From an uncultured delta proteobacterium (GTDB taxonomy: Bacteria > Myxococcota_A > Polyangia > Polyangiales > B10-G4), in assembly GCA_963727445.1 (NCBI GenBank), contig CAVSGI010000009.1, positions 608,001 through 672,000 on the forward strand: 64,000 nt of DNA. Reading direction: 5' to 3'. Numbering within the stretch: position 1 is the stretch's first letter; every line of letters starts with the position of its first letter. Below, piece by piece: positions 19,701-27,353 of this stretch. The notes under the pieces are model-generated. The model made no database searches, was not told the DNA's origin, and saw only the letters and a program-made list of their open reading frames with translations. A program made the translations under genes and the position numbers.

Positions 19701-21185
19701 CTGACGCGCTTCGAGGCCGCGATCGAAACCGCGACGCAGCACCCGGATACGAACCCGCCTGCGGAGGGCGAGCGGCCGCTCCTCGACGAGGCCCGCCTCG
19801 GCGCGGCCCGGGCGATGTTCCACCTCGATCGGGCGCAGGACGCGCTTCGTGCGCTCGTCGCGCTCGGCGAGAGCCGGCCGGAGGACGGCGAGGTGGCGCT
19901 CTGGCTCGGGCGGGTGTCGGAGGCGTTGGGCGAGGTGGCGGACGCCGAGACCCACTATCGCGATGCGATTTCGCTCATGCCCGATCGCTTCGAGCCGTAC
20001 CTCGCGCTGTCGCAGCTCTTCTACGCCAACGATCGCAACAACGACGCGGCCGAGGTGCTGCAGCAGGCGCGCGACGTGGTGGAGGAGTCGGCCGAGATGC
20101 GGCGGCTCCTGGGGGAGTTCGAGCTCGAGCGGCGCAACTACGACTCGGCCATCGAGGAGTTCGGCCGGGCGGTGGAGCTGGACGCGACCGACGTGGCGGC
20201 GCGCTTCGGGCTCGGTGTGGCTCATCGGCGGAAGGGCGACCTGGACCAGGCCGACGTGGCGTTTTCCGAGGTCGCCGAGATCGATCCCGCATGGCCCGGG
20301 CTGGCGCTCGAGCGCGGCCTGGTCTTCGAAGCGCGCGGCGCTTCGGATCGCGCGGTGGAGGCCTACACGGTGGCCCTCGAGGATCGGCCGGAGGATCCGG
20401 ACCTGCTCCTGCGCCTCGGCGCGGCGCAGGTCGCCGATGGTCGCCTCGACGAGGCGGAGGACACGCTCCATCGCGTGCAGGCGTCGCGGCCGAACTCGGC
20501 GGAGGTCGAGCACTTCATGGGCCGCGTGTCGCTGGCCCGCGGCAACCTGCCGGTGGCGATGAACCACTTCGGACGCAGCATCGCCCTCGACCCGTCGAAG
20601 GGAGAGTTCCATCTCTACGTCGCGTGGGCCGCGCTCGAGATGGGCAATCTCGGCCGCGCCATGGAAGAGGTGAACGAGGCGTTGCGCCTCGACCCCAGCC
20701 TGGGCGATGCGTATTGGATCCGCGGTCGCGTCCGGCTTCGGGGTGGTGCTGTCGACGACGCCCTCGAAGATCTCGAGCGCGCCCTGCAGCTCAAGCCGAG
20801 CCGCTACGAAGCCTACGCCGCGATCGCCGAGTGCTACGACGGGCAGCGGCGCCTCTCCGACGCGATCGAGGCGTACAAGCGCGCCCTCGAGCACGACAAC
20901 AGCAAGGGCCAGTGGTGGTACCGCCTGGGCCGGCTGCAGCTCGACCTCGGCCGGCGCTCCCAGGCGATCCCGTCCCTCGAGCGCGCTGCGCTGATCGGCG
21001 ACGCCCTCGGAGACCCGCCCTCCTGGCTCGCCGATGCCCACCGCCTCCTCGGCGACTCCTTGCGCAACACCAACCGCGAACAGGCCATCGCCCACTACCG
21101 CCAATACCTCGCGGTCGCCCCCGACAACGCGATCGATCGCAACAACGTGCGCGACCAACTCATGCGCATGGGCGAATCCCCCTAG
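16704..21185 (+). CDS. Bitopic membrane protein: N-terminal MJ0042-type zinc ribbon, long Pro/Asp-rich repeat region, one TM, many TPRs
   Basis: MIKVLCPSC...KMRCPKCGSAFRV; about 20 DLPxPK-like motifs; TM WPLVLFGVVLLIGGVGIGLGF; TPR-like helices to the C-terminus. Confidence 0.85.
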   Translation: MIKVLCPSCSASYELDERRLPSSGVKMRCPKCGSAFRVHPSGEVGPAEAGKPSQKPAAPKPAAPAKPAAPTPPKAPAMARPPAPGKRKVKHTVMGVAPPSPEVSNRPTPPRGIEVPDLAELPAPVKSTRRAFSGPGGPKPPQFVPKPPPGAAAKKAQAFAPKPPGGRPDPRTTKKTPPREFAAPAANDAALPTRRKGPRAAHTKATQPKQEAVRPHDKATPAAPFDSVDLPAAKGPIAPAFPGGGGGGADLPAPKKPVAPAFPGGGGGGGGRIPQGTMMGLGELDLPAPKESAALPAPKGPLAPAFPGPGGGEPEARPAGTTPFDDLDALAPPAGDDAGFDIDLATSQSAGGGDEMSFADLDLPAPKGGRVDLPAPKSPALNDEMSFADLDLPAPKGGGVDLPAPKSPALNDEMSFADLDLPAPKGGGVDLPAPKSPALNDEMSFADLDLPAPKGGGADLPARKGHALDDEMSFADLDLPTPKNVADLPTPKGGIDELDLPTPKLDVDLPMPKQGDDLFADLDLPIPKGQQDLPTPKNVTDLPVSRAGADLPAARGSGGFGELDLDLPGAGGGDDGMEIDLLGDGGAAGGMGGGTELDLPLPTDEPSGPAGGAPYGEIDLEAEGGEGMELSDLPQESASFGAVGDGDLDVVKDERTKAREARARDKGKDDGEKKRPVWPLVLFGVVLLIGGVGIGLGFTPYGYFGVHLVEQLLPEAGSAEAVAQAVDTAEDQAKADTYDTVRQSLRTLANARSTMGLNRELLARSLVHEGLFQARFGEDARSAGRSVSILARLDERAYDGPGMKLARAADALRRGDAAQARSLADQARNEDGSDPYVDLVAGEAALLAGDNEGAAELFTAAESKDGGARALWGHARALLALGSEDAAAAVDATLDASPRHSEARIAKARRLFAEGDLSHAKTLAQEAAGALVVGETRLRSTTAARAAAWTLLGRIGERENNRREAREAYEAALEADAFQVFALIGAGRSLLLDERYRDALTRFEAAIETATQHPDTNPPAEGERPLLDEARLGAARAMFHLDRAQDALRALVALGESRPEDGEVALWLGRVSEALGEVADAETHYRDAISLMPDRFEPYLALSQLFYANDRNNDAAEVLQQARDVVEESAEMRRLLGEFELERRNYDSAIEEFGRAVELDATDVAARFGLGVAHRRKGDLDQADVAFSEVAEIDPAWPGLALERGLVFEARGASDRAVEAYTVALEDRPEDPDLLLRLGAAQVADGRLDEAEDTLHRVQASRPNSAEVEHFMGRVSLARGNLPVAMNHFGRSIALDPSKGEFHLYVAWAALEMGNLGRAMEEVNEALRLDPSLGDAYWIRGRVRLRGGAVDDALEDLERALQLKPSRYEAYAAIAECYDGQRRLSDAIEAYKRALEHDNSKGQWWYRLGRLQLDLGRRSQAIPSLERAALIGDALGDPPSWLADAHRLLGDSLRNTNREQAIAHYRQYLAVAPDNAIDRNNVRDQLMRMGESP
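17763..18152 (+). repeat. Intragenic 87-bp tandem repeat (about 4.5 copies; DEMSFADLDLPAPKGGxVDLPAPKSPALN)
   Basis: GACGAGATGTC recurs at 17763, 17850, 17937, 18024 and 18111. Confidence 0.92.
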
Positions 21186-21190
21186 TCGCT

Positions 21191-21637
21191 TCCCGCCCCC
21201 CCCTGTGGCCGGCCTTCGGCCGCCACCCGGCGCCTCAGGCGCCGTGCAGGGGAGGCCGACAGCACGCCCAGCGCCACCTGGGGCGGCGGTATCGCCGCCC
21301 CGCTCGTCGCGCATCAATCTGTCGGCCGCGGGGACGCAGTCCCCGAGGGAGTGTGGAGGGACGAAGTCCCTCACCAAAATCAACTCTCATCAAGCGCATC
21401 TCGTCCCGCCAACACCGCCCCCCCGTGGCCGGCCTTCGGCCGCCACCCGGCGCCTCAGGCGCCGTGCAGGGGAGGCCGACAGCACGCCCAGCGCCACCCG
21501 GGGCGGCGGTATCGCCGCCCCGCTCTTGACGCATCAATCTGTCGGCCGCGGGGACGCAGTCCCCGAGGGGAGCGTGGAGGGGGCGAAAGCCCCCTCACCA
21601 AAACAAAACCTCATCTAGCCCATCTGATCCCGCCAAC
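21191..21637. repeat. Two tandem ~220-bp structured (multi-hairpin) intergenic units
   Basis: GTGGCCGGCCTTCGGCCGCCAC starts at 21205 and 21425. The copies are near-identical over ~130 bp and then diverge with compensatory stem changes. Confidence 0.92.
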
Positions 21638-21702
21638 CCTCCAGACACAGCCCCTGCGTCTCCAAACACACGACGAGTACGGAAAGAACTGCGTTTTTCG
21701 GC

Positions 21703-21718
21703 CGGCACGTCCGCTGCA
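21703..21718 (+). promoter_or_regulatory. Putative sigma54 promoter of the small ORF
   Basis: CGGCACGTCCGCTGCA with GG-N10-GC spacing; predicted +1 at ~21729, next to the ATG at 21730. Confidence 0.5.
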
Positions 21719-21729
21719 TCCCCATGGGC

Positions 21730-21825
21730 ATGCTCCTCCTCGCCGCCATTCCCGTCGCGCTCGTCAGCTGGATCTTCTGGGCGACCCTCACGCAGGTCGC
21801 GCCGGAGCGACAGAGCCGGGTCTGA
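21730..21825 (+). CDS. Putative 31-aa single-TM small protein MLLLAAIPVALVSWIFWATLTQVAPERQSRV
   Basis: Below the ORF-track cutoff; strongly GC3-biased codons; hydrophobic helix plus charged tail; fits exactly up to the convergent stop at 21826. Alternative ATG at 21724. Confidence 0.55.
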   Translation: MLLLAAIPVALVSWIFWATLTQVAPERQSRV

Positions 21826-23148
21826 TCAGAAGGCCCGCGCGGCGAGCTTCTTCGCGTGGCGCTTCGCGGCGTCGCGGACCCGCGCTTCGTCCATTTGTGT
21901 GAGCTCGCCCTTCTCCACCAACACCTCGCCATCGACGAGGACGTGTCGGACGTCGGCGGCGGTGCAGGAGTAGACGAGACGCGAGACGACGTCTCCGCCC
22001 GGCTCGGCGTGCGTGCCGTCGACCGAGACCACCGCGATGTCGGCGAGCTTGCCGGGCTCGATCGAGCCCAGCAGATGATCGAGGCCGAGCACCTTCGCGC
22101 CGTCGATGGTCGCCATCGCCAGCGCTTCGGCGGCGGGCAAAGCCGCCGCATCCTGCGCCTGCGCCTTCGCGAGGATCGCCGCCTCGCGCAGCTCGGTGAA
22201 GGGGTCCATCCGGTTGTTGCACGGCGCCCCATCGGCGCCGAGGCCCACCACCATCCCCGCGGCCCGCATGCGCACCACCTGCGCGATACCGCTCGACAGC
22301 TTCAGGTTGGCCGACGGGCAATGGACGAAGCGCGTCCCGTGCTTCGCCGCCCGCCGCATCTGCCCGAAGGTGAGCTGCACCCCGTGCGCCAGCACCGTCC
22401 GTGGGCCCCGGATCCCATAGTCCGACAAGAGGTCGACGTCATCCTTGCCGAGCGCGTCGCGCACGGCGCGCCGCTCGTCCGGGTGCTCTGCGGCGTGCGA
22501 GTGGATGATCGCCTCGCGATCTACCGCCAGCTCGGCGGTCTTGCGCAGGAGCTTCTCGCTGCACGACAGGATGAAGCGGGGTGCGAAGGCGTAGCCGAGC
22601 CGCCCGCCCGCCTCACCGTGCCACGCGTCGAAGAGACGCTCGCTCTCATCGAGGCTCTCTCGCGTCGTCTCCTTCAGCCCCGGGGGCACGCCACGGCCGC
22701 GGTCCATCATCGCCTTGCCCGAGAACCCACGGATCCCTGTCTCCTTCATGACGTGGAAGATCGCGTCCTGGTGATGCACCGTGCCCATGTCGAGGATCGT
22801 GGTCGTCCCCGCACGCAGCATCTCCGCGATGCCCAGCCGCGCGCTCGCGCGAAGGGAGGCGTGGTCGTGCGCTGCCTCGAGCGGCCATATCCGCTGTCGC
22901 AACCACGCGAGGAGCGGCAGGTCGTCCGCCATCCCGCGAAAGAGCGCCTGACACAGGTGGACGTGTGTCTGCACGAAGCCCGGCATCACCGCCGCCCCCC
23001 GCGCATCCAGCACCCGCACCGGGCGTGCTCTGCTCGCCGTCTTCCCGACCGCCGCGATCCGCCCATCCCGAACGAGGACGTCCGCGCGGCGAATCGTCTG
23101 GGCGGGATCCATCGTGACGACGGTCCCTCCGCGGATCAGTACGTCCAT
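21826..23148 (-). CDS. Amidohydrolase, 5'-deoxyadenosine/MTA-SAH deaminase family
   Basis: MPGFVQTHVHL, IHSHAAE, VLAHGV, HCPSANLKLSSG, GLGADGAPCNN and GSIEPGKLAD; lies in a nucleoside salvage operon. Confidence 0.88.
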   Translation of the reverse strand: MDVLIRGGTVVTMDPAQTIRRADVLVRDGRIAAVGKTASRARPVRVLDARGAAVMPGFVQTHVHLCQALFRGMADDLPLLAWLRQRIWPLEAAHDHASLRASARLGIAEMLRAGTTTILDMGTVHHQDAIFHVMKETGIRGFSGKAMMDRGRGVPPGLKETTRESLDESERLFDAWHGEAGGRLGYAFAPRFILSCSEKLLRKTAELAVDREAIIHSHAAEHPDERRAVRDALGKDDVDLLSDYGIRGPRTVLAHGVQLTFGQMRRAAKHGTRFVHCPSANLKLSSGIAQVVRMRAAGMVVGLGADGAPCNNRMDPFTELREAAILAKAQAQDAAALPAAEALAMATIDGAKVLGLDHLLGSIEPGKLADIAVVSVDGTHAEPGGDVVSRLVYSCTAADVRHVLVDGEVLVEKGELTQMDEARVRDAAKRHAKKLAARAF

Positions 23149-23555
23149 CAATCTCCGCTGAGGTGGCTCGGGCCGAAGGCGAGGGGCAACAGCTCGTCCA
23201 CGCTGGTTGCCACCTCCTCGCCGCCGTTCGTGAAACAGCGGATGGGGAAGCTCGGCGGGAACTCCGCCAGCACCTGGCGGCAGGTCCCGCAGCAGGTCGC
23301 AGGCCGCTTGGCCGGCGTCACCACCGCCAGGGCGCGAAACCGCCGCATCCCGTCCGCGACCGCCGCCGCCACCGCGCTCCTCTCGGCGCAGAGACAGAGC
23401 CCATAGCTCGCGTTTTCGACGTTCGAGCCCACGTAGATCTTGCCGTTGTCCCCCAGGAGCGCCGCTCCCACCTCGAAGCCGCTGTAGGGCGCATAGGCGC
23501 GCTTCTGAATCTCGAGCGCCCTCTTCTTCAACAGCTCCCAGTCGACACTGCTCAC
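23148..23555 (-). CDS. cdd: Cytidine deaminase (homotetrameric type)
   Basis: AYAPYSGFEVGAA, GSNVENASYGL, CAERSA, CCGTCRQVLAEF and ELLPLAF; GTG start overlaps the upstream stop. Confidence 0.93.
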   Translation of the reverse strand: MSSVDWELLKKRALEIQKRAYAPYSGFEVGAALLGDNGKIYVGSNVENASYGLCLCAERSAVAAAVADGMRRFRALAVVTPAKRPATCCGTCRQVLAEFPPSFPIRCFTNGGEEVATSVDELLPLAFGPSHLSGD

Positions 23556-24388
23556 GATGCACCCAGCTTTCCGAGGACGCCGGAGAGCAGGCCGACGAAT
23601 CGGTCCCTCACGCGCTCGGCGGTGTCCTTCACTTCGTCGTGGCTCAGCTCGGCCTGCATCCCCGCCGCGAGGTTGGTGATGCAACTGACGCCGAGCACGC
23701 GCGCGCCCATGTGTCGCGCGGCGATCACCTCGAGCACCGTGCTCATCCCCACCGCGTTCGCGCCGAGCGTGCGCAGCATCCGGATCTCGGCCGGCGTCTC
23801 GTAGCTCGGGCCGAGCAGCCCGGCGTACACCCCGCGCTTGAGCTCGTAACCGTCTGCCGAGGCGACCTCGTCGGCCAAACCCATCAGCTCGCGATCATAG
23901 GCCTGGCTCATGTCCGGGAAGCGCGGCCCCAGGCTGTCGTCGTTCTCGCCGCGCAGGCAGTTGTCGCCGGTGAGGTTCAAGTGGTCTTCGATCAGCATCA
24001 GATCGCCGGGTGCGAAGGTCGGGTCGATGCCGCCCGCGGCGTTCGTGATGAGGAGGGTGTCGGCGCCGAGGGTCAGCATCAAACGCGTCCCGAAGACGAT
24101 GCTCTGAGCGCTGTGTCCCTCGTAGAGGTGCACGCGTCCCTGCATCGCCACCACCGGAACACCGGCGGCCGTCCCCAGCACCAGGCGGCCGGCGTGCCCC
24201 GCCACCTTGGACGAAGGGATCCCCGGGATCTCGTCGTACGGGATCTTCACGGCATCCTCGATGTCGTCCGCCCATGCGCCCAGCCCGGAGCCGAGAACGA
24301 GCGCCACGCGAGGCTTGGTCTTCACTCGGCTGCTGACGACCTGTGCCGCCGCGCCGAGGGCTGCTCGGTTGCTCGTCCCTTCAGTCAT
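23552..24388 (-). CDS. punA: Purine-nucleoside phosphorylase (trimeric type)
   Basis: VLGSGLG, GHAG, QGRVHLYEG, TNAAGG, GPRFPDM, GPSYETPAE, VGMSTV and TNLAAG. Confidence 0.93.
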   Translation of the reverse strand: MTEGTSNRAALGAAAQVVSSRVKTKPRVALVLGSGLGAWADDIEDAVKIPYDEIPGIPSSKVAGHAGRLVLGTAAGVPVVAMQGRVHLYEGHSAQSIVFGTRLMLTLGADTLLITNAAGGIDPTFAPGDLMLIEDHLNLTGDNCLRGENDDSLGPRFPDMSQAYDRELMGLADEVASADGYELKRGVYAGLLGPSYETPAEIRMLRTLGANAVGMSTVLEVIAARHMGARVLGVSCITNLAAGMQAELSHDEVKDTAERVRDRFVGLLSGVLGKLGAS

Positions 24389-24493
24389 GGAAGAGATGAA
24401 AGAATCCGGCGATCACAAAAGTCAAGAACGAGACGGTGTGGGCGCCCGGCGTGGCGAGCGCTCCCCCGGCGCGAGTGCTACATTTGAAGCGCG

Positions 24494-25636
24494 TTGTACC
24501 AAGGCCAGCACCTCCCCCTCGACCGCTCAGCCCTCAGGCTCCTTCCCTCGGAGGAGGTGCTCTGGCACGGGCAGCGGCAGGAGGTGCCCCGCGACAGGCG
24601 CTGGATCCTCGGCCCCGTGGTCCTGGTGGCGCTGGCCGTGGTCTTCATGGCCTTCGCCGCGCTCCTGTGGGTCGAGGGGGGTCCGGGAGTCCGGGAGAAC
24701 GTCTCCCTCTCCGCGCTCCTGCTGCTCTTCGCCACCGCGGTGGCCGTCGCCCCCCGCTACCTCCACGATCCCGCGGTCTACGTCGTCACCGACCGGCGCG
24801 TGATCTGGCGTCGCGGCGCGCTGACCCGGTCGGTGGAGCGGCGCTTCATCCAGTTCGGGCGCATCCGCTGGCATCGGAGCGTCGCTGGGGTCGGGCACCT
24901 GGAGCTGGTTCGCGCCGTCCCCTTCGGCCCTCTCGCGCGGCGCCAGCGCCTTCAGCTCCTCGACGTGCGGGCGCCCGACGTCGTCTTCGCGCTGATCCGC
25001 GGCGTCACCCCGGGTGAGAACCTCGGCGCCGCCGACGTGCCGCTGGTCGAGCGGCTCGATCCGGAGGAGCGCGTGGAGTGGGGCGGACACCCCGAGGGCT
25101 GGCACATCGGCCTGAGGGAGCTGGGCATCGCGCTGCTCGGCGCCTCGGTGGTGGTGGTCGCGCTGCGCTACGGCTATCAGGTCGCGCACATCCTCCTCGG
25201 TCTCGAGGTGCAGGGCCTGCCGGTTTCCTCGCTCACCTGGATGCTCTTCTTCTCCGCGGTCGCGGTGGCGTGGGTCGTCATCGCCACCGTGGGCGGCACG
25301 CTCCTGTGGTACGGCGCCTTTCGCACCCACGCCCTCGGCAACGACACCGAGTACCTGCTCACCAACGAGCGGCTCATCATTCGCCGGGGCCGCACCGAGC
25401 TCTCGGTGGACCGCCGGCAGATCGTGGACGTCGCCATGACGCGCAGCGTCCGGGGTCTGTCGAATCTCTTCCTGGTGCTCGACGCCCCGCAGAGTCGCGC
25501 CATCGCCTTGAGCGGCGCGCTCAAGCGGCTGCCTCCGCCCCGCGACCTCGTCGCGCCGGTGCTCTACGAGGTGAGCGACGTCGAGCGGGTGATGGAGCTC
25601 ATTTTGGCGCGACGCTCGCGACCGTCCGTGGTCTGA
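24494..25636 (+). CDS. Membrane protein with two tandem bacterial PH-like modules
   Basis: Two repeats of (E-x-V-x-W-x-G, two TMs, Y-x-x-T-x-R-x-I-x-R-R-G), a pattern typical of bPH-domain proteins. Confidence 0.65.
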   Translation: MYQGQHLPLDRSALRLLPSEEVLWHGQRQEVPRDRRWILGPVVLVALAVVFMAFAALLWVEGGPGVRENVSLSALLLLFATAVAVAPRYLHDPAVYVVTDRRVIWRRGALTRSVERRFIQFGRIRWHRSVAGVGHLELVRAVPFGPLARRQRLQLLDVRAPDVVFALIRGVTPGENLGAADVPLVERLDPEERVEWGGHPEGWHIGLRELGIALLGASVVVVALRYGYQVAHILLGLEVQGLPVSSLTWMLFFSAVAVAWVVIATVGGTLLWYGAFRTHALGNDTEYLLTNERLIIRRGRTELSVDRRQIVDVAMTRSVRGLSNLFLVLDAPQSRAIALSGALKRLPPPRDLVAPVLYEVSDVERVMELILARRSRPSVV

Positions 25637-25674
25637 GCTTTCGCGGTGGCCGGGGCGCGTGCACAATCCCCCGC

Positions 25675-27351
25675 ATGGCGCGGAAATCGCCACCACTCAT
25701 CGAAGAGGACGACGACGACGAGGAGACCCGCGTCGAGCCGCCTCTGATGGTGGCCGAAGCTGGCGATCACACCGACATCGAGCGCTCCGTGTTGCCTGAC
25801 TCGGAGCCCGAGCTCACCGAGCGCTACTCGCGTGAGGAGGTCGAGCGCTCGATGCGCCTCGGCTTGATCACGCCGCTGCCCGACGCCAACACCGGCCTCA
25901 TCGCCGATCCTTCGAGCCGCGCTGCCCAGGCCGAATCCTTCGAAGCCCGGTACGAACGCCTCTCCTTCATCGGCGAGGGCGGCATGGGTGAGGTCGCCCT
26001 CTACAAAGACCGCCACATCGGGCGCGAGGTGGCGCTCAAGACGCTGCAGCCCGAGCACGCACACCTCGCGGTGGCGCGGGAGCGCTTCATCCGCGAGGCG
26101 CGTATCCAGGGGCAGCTCGAGCACCCCGCCATCGTCCCGGTCTACGACACCGGCAAAGGCGAGGACGGCCAGCTCTACTTCACGATGCGGCGCATCCACG
26201 GCACCTCCCTCGCGGATGTGATCGCGATGCTGGCGGCGGGTGATCTGGAAGCGGCCGCCCGATTCACGCCGCGGCGGCTGCTCTCGGCTTTCGCGACCAT
26301 CTGTCTGGCCGTCGACATGGCGCATCGGCGCGGCGTTCTACATCGCGATCTCAAGCCCGCGAACATCATGCTGGGTGAGTTCGGTGAGGTGCTCCTGCTC
26401 GACTGGGGCCTCGCCAAGCTGCAGAACGAGCCAACCGAGTCGGACCAGGCCGACAGACAGCCGACGCACGACGAAGACTGGCGGCGCATGACGGCGGCGG
26501 GTGCCGTGGTGGGGACTCTCGGTTACATGCCGCCAGAGCAGTTGCGTGCGGAGGGCGAGCTCACGCTCCAGGCGGACATCTACTCTCTCGGCGCGATCCT
26601 ATTCGAGATATGCACCCTCGAGCCGCTTCACGCCGGCCAGAACGCGCCCGACGTGGTGGCGTCGACCCTCGCTGGCCCCGAGGCGCGCCCTTCGATTCGC
26701 AGGCCCGAGCGCGAGGTACCCTACGCGCTCGAGGAGATCATCGTCCGGGCGGTGAGCCGCGACCCGGCGCAACGTTACACGGCCCGCGCGCTTCACGACG
26801 CCGTCGAAGAGGTGTTGGACACCGAGCGGGACGTGGAGCGGGGAAGGGTGCTCGCCGAGCATCACGCGCGCCGGGCGCGGCGGCACGCGCGCAAGGCGCA
26901 TCGCGACCTCGACGAGCGGCGGCGAGCGCTCCGCGAGGTGTGGCGCGCGCTCGCGATGGATCCGGAGAACCGCACGGCGTCCAGCACCGTCTCTGGGCTG
27001 CTCCTGGAGATCCCGGAGGTCATGCCCCCACACGTTCAGAGCGAGGCGAAGAAGCAGTCCCCGCTGACGGCCTGGGCGTGGCGCTTCGCCATCGCCAGCT
27101 ACGTCGCGCTGGCGATCGTCGTGCTCGTGGTGATCATCGCCGGCAACCCGGGCTGGGTCGCGCTCTTCCTGATGGGGCTCAACGCGCTGCTCGCGGTGGC
27201 CACCTCCATCTGGCTGGCGCGCCAGCTCTCCCACGATCTTCGGACGGCGCGCCTCAGAGCGGAGCTCCTGAACTGGCACGTGGCCGAGCTCCTGCCGACC
27301 CCCCGACGCACCTGGGAGGACCGGACCGCGGGCTCTTCCGACGCGATCTAG
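25675..27351 (+). CDS. Serine/threonine protein kinase with two C-terminal TM segments
   Basis: GEGGMGEV, VALK, HRDLKPAN, DWG, GTLGYMPPEQ and DIYSLG. Confidence 0.93.
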   Translation: MARKSPPLIEEDDDDEETRVEPPLMVAEAGDHTDIERSVLPDSEPELTERYSREEVERSMRLGLITPLPDANTGLIADPSSRAAQAESFEARYERLSFIGEGGMGEVALYKDRHIGREVALKTLQPEHAHLAVARERFIREARIQGQLEHPAIVPVYDTGKGEDGQLYFTMRRIHGTSLADVIAMLAAGDLEAAARFTPRRLLSAFATICLAVDMAHRRGVLHRDLKPANIMLGEFGEVLLLDWGLAKLQNEPTESDQADRQPTHDEDWRRMTAAGAVVGTLGYMPPEQLRAEGELTLQADIYSLGAILFEICTLEPLHAGQNAPDVVASTLAGPEARPSIRRPEREVPYALEEIIVRAVSRDPAQRYTARALHDAVEEVLDTERDVERGRVLAEHHARRARRHARKAHRDLDERRRALREVWRALAMDPENRTASSTVSGLLLEIPEVMPPHVQSEAKKQSPLTAWAWRFAIASYVALAIVVLVVIIAGNPGWVALFLMGLNALLAVATSIWLARQLSHDLRTARLRAELLNWHVAELLPTPRRTWEDRTAGSSDAI

Positions 27352-27353
27352 AT

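Noticed and set aside
21191..21637. Tandem element as CRISPR, tRNA, retron msr/msd or a known tandem riboswitch
   Set aside because: No repeat-spacer pattern, cloverleaf or T-loop, no reverse transcriptase nearby, and no aptamer consensus I recognise. Kept as an unknown structured repeat.
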